From IMG/VR virus record IMGVR_UViG_3300038701_002504, positions 83,235 to 109,508 of that record: a stretch of DNA of 26,274 nt; one strand, written 5' to 3'. Below are positions 9,022 through 17,934 of this stretch, one piece after another. Positions within the stretch are counted from its first letter, which is position 1. Each line of letters opens with the position of its first letter. The position numbers were made by a program, and so were the translations under genes. The stretch comes from a virus. The notes under the pieces are model-generated. The model was given only the letters and a program-made list of their open reading frames with translations, ran no database searches and was not told the origin of the DNA.

Positions 9022-9325
9022 ATTCCTGACCGTAATCCATTTCACTATGCTTCAATGTGAATCCTACGCCTGATTGATCAATTTCTGTTCGTGTATTTAC
9101 CTTACATTCAACAGACCAAGTTCCATCCTTCTTCACAATCTTAAATGATTCATCATTAGCTTCATAAGACCAATATTGTTCATCACCATAATCAAAAATT
9201 TCATGTAACTCTGTCATAATGCAACGTGACATATCATATGGATAACCACGAGAAAATTCATACATATCACCGTCGCTAATTGTAGCGACCGATGAAAAAG
9301 CTAAAACAAGAATTGTATTAAACAT
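9020..9325 (-). CDS. Hypothetical protein with hydrophobic N-terminus
   Basis: GGAG SD before MFNTILVLAFSSVA (start 9325); packed with neighbours. Confidence 0.65.
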   Translation of the reverse strand: MFNTILVLAFSSVATISDGDMYEFSRGYPYDMSRCIMTELHEIFDYGDEQYWSYEANDESFKIVKKDGTWSVECKVNTRTEIDQSGVGFTLKHSEMDYGQE

Positions 9326-9494
9326 TTGTGAAACTCCATTTAATTCTATTTTTTGATAGATCACTTAATTGATCTTTTGTAATGTCCTTTATGATGAATG
9401 TGCTATCGGTAAAGGACATTATCTGAACATTTTTAAGTGTGCTACAGACCTTATAGAGGTCCCTGGATGACACTTCAATAGTCACTTTAATCAT
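9318..9494 (-). CDS. Hypothetical protein
   Basis: Fills the gap with short overlaps on both sides; ATG at 9494. Confidence 0.55.
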   Translation of the reverse strand: MIKVTIEVSSRDLYKVCSTLKNVQIMSFTDSTFIIKDITKDQLSDLSKNRIKWSFTNV

Positions 9495-9711
9495 TATCAA
9501 TCTCTTTTCTAATTCTATTCAGAGTATACCGGGTTACCTTATAACCTTCACTCTGTAATTTTAGAATTTCATTATATAGATCTTTTGGATTGTTATATTT
9601 TGATTGAAAATGTGGAAGGCTTTCTTCCTCACAATTAGCAATTATATTGTAATGTATACCATCATTCCAAATATACATGTCACTGTCATTTCCAAATCGT
9701 GAATATGCCAT
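9487..9711 (-). CDS. Hypothetical protein (MAYSRF...SDMYIW type)
   Basis: GGGAG SD; tight packing. Confidence 0.7.
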   Translation of the reverse strand: MAYSRFGNDSDMYIWNDGIHYNIIANCEEESLPHFQSKYNNPKDLYNEILKLQSEGYKVTRYTLNRIRKEIDND

Positions 9712-9723
9712 AACATTCTCCCT

Positions 9724-9930
9724 TCAAACTTCGCTTAAGGTGATTCCAATATCAGAAGGATTAATACCATCAGGAAAATTAAGCACTACCGAAGGATATC
9801 CTTCATTCATTTGAACATAATCAAATTCTTCATAATCATCAGATAGAATATAATTACAATCTTCTTCATTAAACCATCGAATACTAGCAGAACCGTCGCC
9901 GCCATCAAAAATAATTCCATAAACTTTCAT
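9724..9930 (-). CDS. Hypothetical acidic protein (DGGDGSASIRW motif)
   Basis: AGGAG SD; tight packing. Confidence 0.7.
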   Translation of the reverse strand: MKVYGIIFDGGDGSASIRWFNEEDCNYILSDDYEEFDYVQMNEGYPSVVLNFPDGINPSDIGITLSEV

Positions 9931-9948
9931 AATATTTTCTCCTAAATA

Positions 9949-9977
9949 GAGGGCTAGAGAAAATTTCTCTAGCCCTC
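9949..9977 (-). terminator. Long hairpin/terminator after DUF932 gene
   Basis: GAGGGCTAGAGAAA-A-TTTCTCTAGCCCTC, followed by TATTT on the - strand. Confidence 0.75.
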
Positions 9978-9984
9978 ATTTTGA

Positions 9985-10938
9985 TTAAGATGCTTCAGCC
10001 ATTTCGATAGCGGTGTTAAGTGCTACATGCTTGCGATTGGCATTACTTCCATACCATGCGGACTTCAGACGAGTGTCTGCAGAGCGACCAAGAAGATGGT
10101 CAGTAGCATATGTAACCGCGTTATAGGCATTCCACCAGCTACCTGGCTTGAACTCTGCGCCTGGTTGAGTATCAACAATTTCAAGCACCTGACGGGCAGG
10201 GCGAGAAAGCTCAGGCTTATCCAGATCGACATTGAAGACACGCTTCAGAAACACATTGAATGTTTCATCGGTGTACTTCTTACTACCCAGATATTCTGCA
10301 GCTTCCTTGTACTTTGCCATCTTTTCCTTGGAAATTCCAAGAGTTTCCTTCACAGCTTCAGCACTAAATACTGCTCGGTGATTGATGGAAACCTGAGATG
10401 CTGACTTCGTATTAATTGCAAGAGTGAGAGTGTTATTGCAAACAACTCGAATTGGTGTGAAGCGCACATCGATCGACTTGCCATACTTATGAGGATTTGT
10501 AAAGAGAAGATAGCTTTCAACATCATCCTTACCGAAGACTGTGAAACCTTCATTCATCTTAGCAAGAGCCCATACAATGCGACCATCTTCGAGGGCTCCA
10601 GCAGTATGCATCTGCATCTTGCCTTCGTTCACAAAATCATAGAAGAAGCCGAAAGCTTCAGCATTCTGAACTGGGTTCCAACCAGGACCGACAATATCAA
10701 GAACCTTGCTGTCGCGATCACGTACAAGAGCTTCGCGACCGGTGTTGATATACTTTCCATTTACATTTGCATATGTTGGAACACGTTCAACTGACCAATC
10801 AAGCTGTGCAGCTTCAAGCATCTGTTCAGGAGTGAGATCAGCTGGAACTTTACGACCAAGGCCATGCCATGGAGTTTCTCCAGCATAGGCAATTGATGCA
10901 CCATTTTCAGTGATTTCAATCTTATGACATTCTTGCAT
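9985..10938 (-). CDS. DUF932-family phage/plasmid protein
   Basis: PWHGLG, LDWSV, PVQNAEAF, TAGAL..GR.VW, TPIRVVCNNTL, WNAYNAVT. Confidence 0.88.
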   Translation of the reverse strand: MQECHKIEITENGASIAYAGETPWHGLGRKVPADLTPEQMLEAAQLDWSVERVPTYANVNGKYINTGREALVRDRDSKVLDIVGPGWNPVQNAEAFGFFYDFVNEGKMQMHTAGALEDGRIVWALAKMNEGFTVFGKDDVESYLLFTNPHKYGKSIDVRFTPIRVVCNNTLTLAINTKSASQVSINHRAVFSAEAVKETLGISKEKMAKYKEAAEYLGSKKYTDETFNVFLKRVFNVDLDKPELSRPARQVLEIVDTQPGAEFKPGSWWNAYNAVTYATDHLLGRSADTRLKSAWYGSNANRKHVALNTAIEMAEAS

Positions 10939-10966
10939 GGTATTCTCCTTCGTTGTTAATAATGAG

Positions 10967-10995
10967 AATATATACTATTTCTCAGTAATGTAAAC
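10967..10995 (-). promoter_or_regulatory. Early promoter
   Basis: GTTTACA-N16-TATATT; spacer similar to that at 1028-1056. Confidence 0.7.
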
Positions 10996-11012
10996 AACAA
11001 ATTTGAAAAAAG

Positions 11013-11324
11013 TTATTTTTTCTTTGTGAACTTAAACGTGGCTTCGTATGACTCATTATAGGCCGGTTTGTCATAATAAACCGCCCATCCAGCTTCGATA
11101 TAAATTTCTTCAATATCGAGCCATTTATTATCAAAAATATCTCGTCTTGACGTATTAGGTTGAATCTCTAATATTTTATCTATAAGATTGTCTTGGCGAA
11201 TTATAGCATACCCACTTGAGAAATGTTTTGCTATCATATAGTTCACAGCTTCAAATACGAAATCAGGAATTATCTTTTCTTTTTTAAATTCCGTTACTTG
11301 ATCTGGGGTAATGGGTTTTGTCAT
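11013..11324 (-). CDS. Hypothetical phage protein
   Basis: PITP...WLDIE...GWAVYYDKPAYNESY; ATGA-coupled to the upstream gene. Confidence 0.8.
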   Translation of the reverse strand: MTKPITPDQVTEFKKEKIIPDFVFEAVNYMIAKHFSSGYAIIRQDNLIDKILEIQPNTSRRDIFDNKWLDIEEIYIEAGWAVYYDKPAYNESYEATFKFTKKK

Positions 11325-11836
11325 TTTCCATACTTTCCTACAATATCATCTAGAAGAATCGGCCTGTAACCGGTTTTTTCAACAGACACATTAATATGTG
11401 AAGAAGATGGTGCATCATTCTGGTGAATGTGTCCATGAACATTATATTTAGCTTTACGAATTTCTGACTGATGAATAGGAACATGTGTTAACAGAATATC
11501 ATGCTCTTTAAATAATCTCCATAACATCATTTTTTGGAAATGTTTCTGTAGAACTCTGGATTTAATTTCATCATGATTACCAACAATCAATCTTTTCTTT
11601 CCATTTAATCGAGAAAGAATATCATCTGCAGCATCATCAGGACCAAAATACACATCACCTAAATGGTACACATGATCTTCAGGCCCAACAGTGTCATTCC
11701 AACTTCTAATCATAAATTCATTCATATCAGATACATTTTTAAAACCAGGTCTGACGGGATATCCTCCTTCATCAGTAAATTTAAGAATGTTCGCATGATT
11801 GAAATGTGTATCTGATATCACAAAAATTTTTGTCAT
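11321..11836 (-). CDS. Calcineurin-like metallophosphoesterase
   Basis: SDTH, HLGD, GNHD, THVP, HGHIH. Confidence 0.92.
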   Translation of the reverse strand: MTKIFVISDTHFNHANILKFTDEGGYPVRPGFKNVSDMNEFMIRSWNDTVGPEDHVYHLGDVYFGPDDAADDILSRLNGKKRLIVGNHDEIKSRVLQKHFQKMMLWRLFKEHDILLTHVPIHQSEIRKAKYNVHGHIHQNDAPSSSHINVSVEKTGYRPILLDDIVGKYGK

Positions 11837-11846
11837 TTTTCACTTT

Positions 11847-12041
11847 CTATATATTTGATATAACTATATCTTTTTCATTAATAATTATCTGTTTTTTATT
11901 CTTTAAATATTCTAAATGTAAAATTGAATCACCATATTTCCAATGAATAAATTGGACTAGCAAATAATACGGAAATGGACCATGATCATTTATAAGAGAT
12001 AAAATCTCAGCATTTATTTGTTTTTCAGTTTGTTTTAACAT
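11847..12041 (-). CDS. Hypothetical protein
   Basis: Fills the gap; non-overlapping ATG at 12041 preferred over 12101. Confidence 0.5.
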   Translation of the reverse strand: MLKQTEKQINAEILSLINDHGPFPYYLLVQFIHWKYGDSILHLEYLKNKKQIIINEKDIVISNI

Positions 12042-12060
12042 ATTTCTTTCGCAATGTAAA

Positions 12061-12327
12061 CTAAATTGTTTTAGCTTTCTCAACAAACTTTCTAATTTCA
12101 TTCATGTTAATGCCACATATCTTATTATATCTATAAAGTTTTTCTATCACATCTGCTACTTGTTGATTTGTTAAAGTTTCAGGATCAGGAAGTTTTCCTA
12201 ACTGGGGACAGTTATATAATGTTGATGGCGGAGTTATAACAACTGTATCTATTGCGGGTAAATTTCTGCTTGCCGATTGACATGCTGACAGAACAATAAC
12301 TGATAATATAAGCATTAGGTATTTCAT
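12061..12327 (-). CDS. Putative o-spanin (Rz1-like lipoprotein)
   Basis: Signal peptide with LSAC lipobox, Pro-rich, two further Cys; ATGA-coupled to a type II membrane protein. Confidence 0.8.
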   Translation of the reverse strand: MKYLMLILSVIVLSACQSASRNLPAIDTVVITPPSTLYNCPQLGKLPDPETLTNQQVADVIEKLYRYNKICGINMNEIRKFVEKAKTI

Positions 12328-12677
12328 TTGTTCAGCCTTCTGAATAATTCCTTTATTGATTTGGGAGCTTGATCTTTAGAATCTTCTCCCAAATCAACTG
12401 TTACATTTTCTAATGTTTCCTCTAAGACTTTTAGTTCCTGATCACGTATAGCAATGTGTTGGTCTTTTAAATTGTTTATAAGTTCAGTTCTTACTATAGT
12501 TTGTCTTTGTGTCTCTATAATTACTGATTGGCTTTCAATTATAGAGTCTTTTTCTCCATTTTCTTTGATTGTTGAAAACAGAACCCATAAGATAATAAAA
12601 ATCACAACAGCTATGACAATATAAGCTATATATTTTATCATATCCGGTGAAATAAATTTAAATAGTAGAGATAACAT
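12324..12677 (-). CDS. Putative i-spanin (Rz-like)
   Basis: Single N-terminal TM followed by a coiled coil; directly upstream of the lipoprotein. Confidence 0.78.
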   Translation of the reverse strand: MLSLLFKFISPDMIKYIAYIVIAVVIFIILWVLFSTIKENGEKDSIIESQSVIIETQRQTIVRTELINNLKDQHIAIRDQELKVLEETLENVTVDLGEDSKDQAPKSIKELFRRLNK

Positions 12678-12697
12678 TTGTAGCCTTTTATTATTAT

Positions 12698-14053
12698 TTA
12701 TTGAAAGACTTCTGCAAATTTGCTTTTTAAATTATCCAAATTAGTGCTAATAGTTTCATCTAGTGGATCTTCTATTTTTGTTATTTTATTCTGTTCTTCA
12801 GAATTAAACAATCTCATTTTTGGTCTATCAACTCCTACTAAGAATGATGGTTTGATAGAAATAGGACCGTATCTATTTTTCAATTGTTTGAACTTTAACA
12901 TGTTGATTTTTTCAAGCTCTTCTGTAGCGATAATAGCTAAGAATAAATCCAGTGCGTGGACAAGACCCATTGATTCGGATGTCTCAGTCATGTCAAAGTC
13001 ATTTGATTTTAGGCCATCACGATTTACCTGAGTAGCTGTCCATCCAACCATATTATATTCTACACAAAGGCCTCGTAATTCTTCACCAATTGATTTAACA
13101 TATTCATACATTCCTTTGTTTGATTTATGTCTAAAGCTTGACATAATGTTAACATAATCAACAATCAAAACATCGGGAATAAAATTCTTCTTTAATTTCA
13201 ATTCGCTTAAAAGATGACGAATATGTCCAACGTGAGCTGTTGATGTTGGATATTCTTTGATTATAAGTTTACCATGAATTTTGCTCTGTAGAGAATTTAT
13301 CTTTCTCATAAAGTCGTCATGGCCAATATCAGCAATATGATTAATATCTATATCGAATAGATTTGCGTCAATTCTTTTGGAAATTTCTTCTTCTGCCATT
13401 TCCATTGTGACATATAGAACATTGTATCCCTGCGCGATATATGATGCAGCAAAATGACATAAAGCCATAGACTTTCCTACACCAGTACCAGCAAGCAGAC
13501 AGTTCAGAGTTTTGCGTAGAACACCGCCCTGTGTAATCAGATTTAATAACTCTAAATCATATGCAATTTTATTTAGTTTTCTGCTATAAAATTCGTGACG
13601 TTCTTCAGCATCATTGAAATAATCATGTCCAATATGATTATCAAATGAAATGCTTAGTGCCTTTTTAAGAATTTCTGGAATTTCACCACGATCTTCACTT
13701 TCAGATTTATTGACAGCTTCCAACAGAGCATTTGATAAAGCTCTATCTTTACAGAACTGTTCAGTTTTTTCAAGAAGCCATTCATCATCATACACATCAT
13801 CTGTTGATGATATTGATTTAATAGTTGTAACAGCGTCTTGATAAATTTTTTCTGGAAGATTTTTGTTCTCTAATTCTGAAAGGAGAACATTTCTTGACGG
13901 TAGAATTCTATATTTTTTACTATAATCACTAATTAGATGATGAACTATTTGGTGGCGATCTGCCTCAAAATATTCTGTTTGAATATGAGGAGTTGCAACT
14001 TTTGAGAAATGTTCGTTTCTCAAAAGTTGCGATAAGATGATGTCATCTATCAT
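12698..14053 (-). CDS. 41: Replicative helicase gp41 (DnaB-like)
   Basis: AGTGVGKS, VLYVTMEMAEE...RIDAN, IKEYPT, IVDY, WTATQVNR, KQLKNRYG. Confidence 0.96.
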   Translation of the reverse strand: MIDDIILSQLLRNEHFSKVATPHIQTEYFEADRHQIVHHLISDYSKKYRILPSRNVLLSELENKNLPEKIYQDAVTTIKSISSTDDVYDDEWLLEKTEQFCKDRALSNALLEAVNKSESEDRGEIPEILKKALSISFDNHIGHDYFNDAEERHEFYSRKLNKIAYDLELLNLITQGGVLRKTLNCLLAGTGVGKSMALCHFAASYIAQGYNVLYVTMEMAEEEISKRIDANLFDIDINHIADIGHDDFMRKINSLQSKIHGKLIIKEYPTSTAHVGHIRHLLSELKLKKNFIPDVLIVDYVNIMSSFRHKSNKGMYEYVKSIGEELRGLCVEYNMVGWTATQVNRDGLKSNDFDMTETSESMGLVHALDLFLAIIATEELEKINMLKFKQLKNRYGPISIKPSFLVGVDRPKMRLFNSEEQNKITKIEDPLDETISTNLDNLKSKFAEVFQ

Positions 14054-14059
14054 AAATAC

Positions 14060-15151
14060 TTATTCCTCTTCTGATTGCGTAAACTTATTTATGCTCTCCT
14101 GATCATCTTCCTCTGAAATAAGCTTACCATATGAGACTTTATATTTCTTTTCAACATATTCTTTGAATTTTGGATTCTTAATCATAGATTCCCACAACTT
14201 AGAATCATATTCTACTTCTTTTCTCTTATATTTCACATCTTCAAGAACTTCACCAGTTTCTTGATCAATAAGACAATATGACTGAGTACTCACCTTTGAT
14301 ATGAATTCTCCTTCAACCGCAAGATCAAGAAGACCGGACCATCTCTTAATACCACCCTCAAATCCAACAGTAATAGGAATTTTTGATTTTTCTTTCACAT
14401 AACGAGATTTCTCAACATTAATGATGAAGTTATAACCATTGAGTTCTGTTCCATCTTTATCCTGTTGTCTACCAAGAATGTAAACATTATCAGCTGCTAA
14501 CATTGTTCCTTGGCCACCGGATACGACCTTTTTACTATACATTTCCATTGTATCATAAGTATGTTGTACAACATGCATGGGCATGTTCTTGATGCGAAGA
14601 TGTGGAGTAACAATTCTGAAGAGAGACTTATTCTCCTTAGCACGTGTCATATCTGCTGCAGAGTTTTCTTTTAATGCATCTGCTGCTTCTTTCTTTGAAG
14701 CCAGATTACCCAACGAATCCACCATGATAAAGACATTGTCTTTTTCTTCAATTGCATCTAATTTCTTAGCAATATCAAACTTCAACTCTTCATAGTTCAT
14801 AATAGGAATATGAACAACTCTGTTAGGATCAATTCCTACAGCTTCAAAATATGAAGGAGGTGTACCGAACTCAGAGTCATAGCATAAAATACATGCTTCT
14901 GGATCATCGATCTTCGCGTCAAGATATGCCTTTGCAGAAATCAATGTGAATAGTGATTTAAAATGTCTTGATGGACCACACCAAGCTGTCACTCCTGCTG
15001 ATACGCCGCCATCTAACATTCCAGATAATGCAACATTTATCATTGGAACTTGTGTAGGATAAAAATCTCTTCTATTGTATGTCACACTGTCGGAAAGCAT
15101 TCCTGAATGTTTTAATGATGATTCTTTTAATAGTTTGTCTCTTAGACCCAT
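14060..15151 (-). CDS. uvsX: UvsX recombinase
   Basis: GPSRHFKS, YDSEFG, DSLGNLASKKE, DMTRAK, NVEKSRYVKEKSK. Confidence 0.96.
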   Translation of the reverse strand: MGLRDKLLKESSLKHSGMLSDSVTYNRRDFYPTQVPMINVALSGMLDGGVSAGVTAWCGPSRHFKSLFTLISAKAYLDAKIDDPEACILCYDSEFGTPPSYFEAVGIDPNRVVHIPIMNYEELKFDIAKKLDAIEEKDNVFIMVDSLGNLASKKEAADALKENSAADMTRAKENKSLFRIVTPHLRIKNMPMHVVQHTYDTMEMYSKKVVSGGQGTMLAADNVYILGRQQDKDGTELNGYNFIINVEKSRYVKEKSKIPITVGFEGGIKRWSGLLDLAVEGEFISKVSTQSYCLIDQETGEVLEDVKYKRKEVEYDSKLWESMIKNPKFKEYVEKKYKVSYGKLISEEDDQESINKFTQSEEE

Positions 15152-15366
15152 TATTTCTCCATTGTCTTTTCTAATTTATTGATAAAAGCATCAATTTGTT
15201 TATGTCGTTTGTCGCCTGGCCAATTGATTATATTGGAATCTTTATCGCCTTTCAAATTTTCCAGAAAGGTCTTCATCATCTCAAACATTTCCGATGTTCG
15301 ATCAATTGGTTTAAAATCTTCTTCTGATTGGAATGTAAATCCAAAATCGTTAATATCTTCACTCAT
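15151..15366 (-). CDS. Small hypothetical protein of T4-like phages
   Basis: DFGFT...FLENLK...INWP; coupled between the polymerase and uvsX. Confidence 0.75.
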   Translation of the reverse strand: MSEDINDFGFTFQSEEDFKPIDRTSEMFEMMKTFLENLKGDKDSNIINWPGDKRHKQIDAFINKLEKTMEK

Positions 15367-17152
15367 AAAATTGACTCATATCAGATTTATTTTCTAATGA
15401 AATGCCGGCTGGATTTGCTAGCGATGTGATTGGTTTAATGAAGGTTTTTTCAAACTGTCTATCATAATCTATGAATTGATCCAATCCAAACTCTTCTGGT
15501 AACTCATCTAAAGACGATATAACATCTTCACGTATAGGATTAGGCAATTTCAAATATGTGAATTTAATCTTATCACCACTTTGAATTTTCATATATGTCT
15601 TATCTAGATCATGATCCTCTAACAGTTTGTTATATAGTAAAGAACCTCTTACATGAAGCGGTGTTCCTTTCGTATATAGAGTATTTATATCACTATATTT
15701 CGAAACGCCATTTACTCCGCCTGGATTTGCAACTTTTTCAAATGGAAGTGAATAAAATTCTTCTCTACATTTTTCGATAAATGACAAAAGTCCATCTTTG
15801 TCATTGTTAAGAATTATTGGTATACTATTTTTGATATAATTTCTACATACTTCAGGAGTTGAAGATTTAACAGCTTCAATACCCTTCATCTTAATTTTCA
15901 TTTCAGAATAGAATACACCTTCATTGAAGAATACGCCCATCACATAGTTCTTTGACTTACGCCAAATTACCTGAGCAATCACTTCAAGCTTCATATGTAA
16001 TTTTTTCTGATATGCATTTGTTACTGAATATAGATCTTCCATAGCAGCTTGGATGACGTGTTCTTCAAGATGTTTTGAAAAATTTGATAAGAATTTAACA
16101 ATTTCTTCTCTTTCACCACCATTCGGGAATGCTTTCTTAACAACGCCTTCCATATTAAAGTATGCTGAGTCTGTATCTACAGCGATAATATAATCCACAT
16201 TGTCCGTCTTTAACATCTTATTTAGATATATATTAGCGTATTTCTCAACATATTTAGAAGCCAATTGGCCACTTAGTGTAATAGACTCTGCAATGTCGTA
16301 GCTAAACCAACGTGAATACGGATTCGCAAGTCCTCCATAGAAGGCATTCGCGAAAATTTTAGTTGCTAATTGTTGGTTGTTAAATTCAACAACACGTGAT
16401 TTTGTCTTTTTATATTCTTCCTTTAATTTGGCATCATCTGGATTTGTTGAAAGTTTTTTCTTAATTTCTTCAAGCTTCTGTTCTTCGAGAAGCATGATGT
16501 CTTTATATTCTTTTCGTTTCGCAAAAACTTCTTCCATGATTTCAGCAAAGAATGATTTTTTAGCTCGAGAAAAAACTGTGCCTTTTGCAGTAATGCACAT
16601 ATTATTTTCCAGAAGTTTTTCTTTAATCTCATCATAAACTCTATCATTGATAATTCTATCTGGATTGTCAACATTGTCGAATTTATCAAGTTTACCCATA
16701 TAAGCATCTGGAGAAATATTATATGTCATAATAATATGTGGATAAAGTGATGTGAAGTCATATGACATAACATATGGATACAAACCAGGAATCACTTCCT
16801 TCACATATCCACCAGCAATAATTCTGGAAAGCTCGCTACTTTCGGCTTTTTTATGTGGAATTACAACTTTATAATCCATCATTTTATTATGAATCACAAC
16901 ATCACAGGGTTTCACAGTCGCGAACGCGTCATGTAGGTTTGTTCGAGTAAAATGTGATAATGAGAAAATGAGTTCAATAAATTTCAACTCATGTTCAAGT
17001 TCTTCAACTCGAACAATATCGATTATGTTGTATGTATATGCCATAGCATATGATTCTTTATCGGCTTCTGCTTCTACTTTTTCTAATAATTTTTGTAAAT
17101 CTTCAGTAGAAATTGTTTTTATATCTAAATTTAATATTTCTTCTATATTCAT
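15359..17152 (-). CDS. 43: DNA polymerase gp43, C-terminal fragment (ExoIII, palm, fingers, thumb)
   Basis: YNIID (ExoIII), SYDFTSLYP, KIFANAFYG, AVDTDS, KGIEAVKSSTP. Confidence 0.95.
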   Translation of the reverse strand: MNIEEILNLDIKTISTEDLQKLLEKVEAEADKESYAMAYTYNIIDIVRVEELEHELKFIELIFSLSHFTRTNLHDAFATVKPCDVVIHNKMMDYKVVIPHKKAESSELSRIIAGGYVKEVIPGLYPYVMSYDFTSLYPHIIMTYNISPDAYMGKLDKFDNVDNPDRIINDRVYDEIKEKLLENNMCITAKGTVFSRAKKSFFAEIMEEVFAKRKEYKDIMLLEEQKLEEIKKKLSTNPDDAKLKEEYKKTKSRVVEFNNQQLATKIFANAFYGGLANPYSRWFSYDIAESITLSGQLASKYVEKYANIYLNKMLKTDNVDYIIAVDTDSAYFNMEGVVKKAFPNGGEREEIVKFLSNFSKHLEEHVIQAAMEDLYSVTNAYQKKLHMKLEVIAQVIWRKSKNYVMGVFFNEGVFYSEMKIKMKGIEAVKSSTPEVCRNYIKNSIPIILNNDKDGLLSFIEKCREEFYSLPFEKVANPGGVNGVSKYSDINTLYTKGTPLHVRGSLLYNKLLEDHDLDKTYMKIQSGDKIKFTYLKLPNPIREDVISSLDELPEEFGLDQFIDYDRQFEKTFIKPITSLANPAGISLENKSDMSQFYE

Positions 17153-17184
17153 CTTTATTTTATCTTTCTGGAAATCAACGATAT

Positions 17185-17198
17185 TATAAATATTTATA
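17185..17198. promoter_or_regulatory. Palindromic back-to-back late promoters
   Basis: TATAAATATTTATA is a perfect palindrome with TATAAATA on each strand. Confidence 0.65.
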
Positions 17199-17217
17199 TA
17201 ACATTAAGGATAGAGTA

Positions 17218-17934
17218 ATGAAAGAATTTATTAATTTTTCACATGATAACAATAACATAAAATCTAATAAATATTTTAAATGGTATATCCAAATTATATT
17301 TAATTCCATTTATTCTAATAGACCTTTATTTCATAGAGAATATGAAAAACACCATATTCTTCCTAAAAGCTGTGGTGGAAGCAACGAAATAAATAATATA
17401 TGTATTTTAACATATAAAGAACATTATATATGTCACTTATTGCTAACTAAATTTCTTCTTAAATATGAACATAAGCGAAATATGCAATTTGCACTACATA
17501 CTTTTTTTCATTTTGATAAAAATAGAGTTTTAGCCTCAAAAAGATCCTTAATATATGAAAATCATAAAAAATTATATAGTAAATATCTTTCTGAGAGAGA
17601 ACCATCAAATGTTAGAGAAGAAATATATACTTTTAAAAACAAAAAAACCCATCAAATTTTTATAGGGCGACCAATAGATTTTATAAAATTTTCAGGTTTA
17701 ACCCATCAAGAAATGAATCATCTACAAAATGTTTATAATAAAAAAGCTTCATATAAACATATAAAAAATTGGGGTATTTTTTTAGATGATAAACAAATTT
17801 TTTCTTATGAGATTCCATATAAGAAAAGAAAACATCCTACAATTAAATGTGAGTTTTGTGGCAAAGTCACAGCAAAATTTAATTATGTAAGATGGCATGG
17901 AAAAAACTGTAAATCACTTATCAGTCCTGTTTAA
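17218..17934 (+). CDS. Free-standing HNH homing endonuclease (MobE-like)
   Basis: EKHHILPKSCGGSNEINNICILTYKEHYICHLLL; C-terminal CEFC...RWHGKNC; AAGGA SD before ATG 17218. Confidence 0.9.
   Translation: MKEFINFSHDNNNIKSNKYFKWYIQIIFNSIYSNRPLFHREYEKHHILPKSCGGSNEINNICILTYKEHYICHLLLTKFLLKYEHKRNMQFALHTFFHFDKNRVLASKRSLIYENHKKLYSKYLSEREPSNVREEIYTFKNKKTHQIFIGRPIDFIKFSGLTHQEMNHLQNVYNKKASYKHIKNWGIFLDDKQIFSYEIPYKKRKHPTIKCEFCGKVTAKFNYVRWHGKNCKSLISPV

Noticed and set aside
8970-14060. Absence of gp24 after gp23 and of gp40 between uvsX and gp41
   Set aside because: Common in T4-like phages distant from T4; the genes may also lie outside the window
17113-17217. Longer N-terminus of the HNH ORF in the track
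   Set aside because: Overlaps the polymerase start and lies upstream of the late promoter; the SD supports ATG 17218
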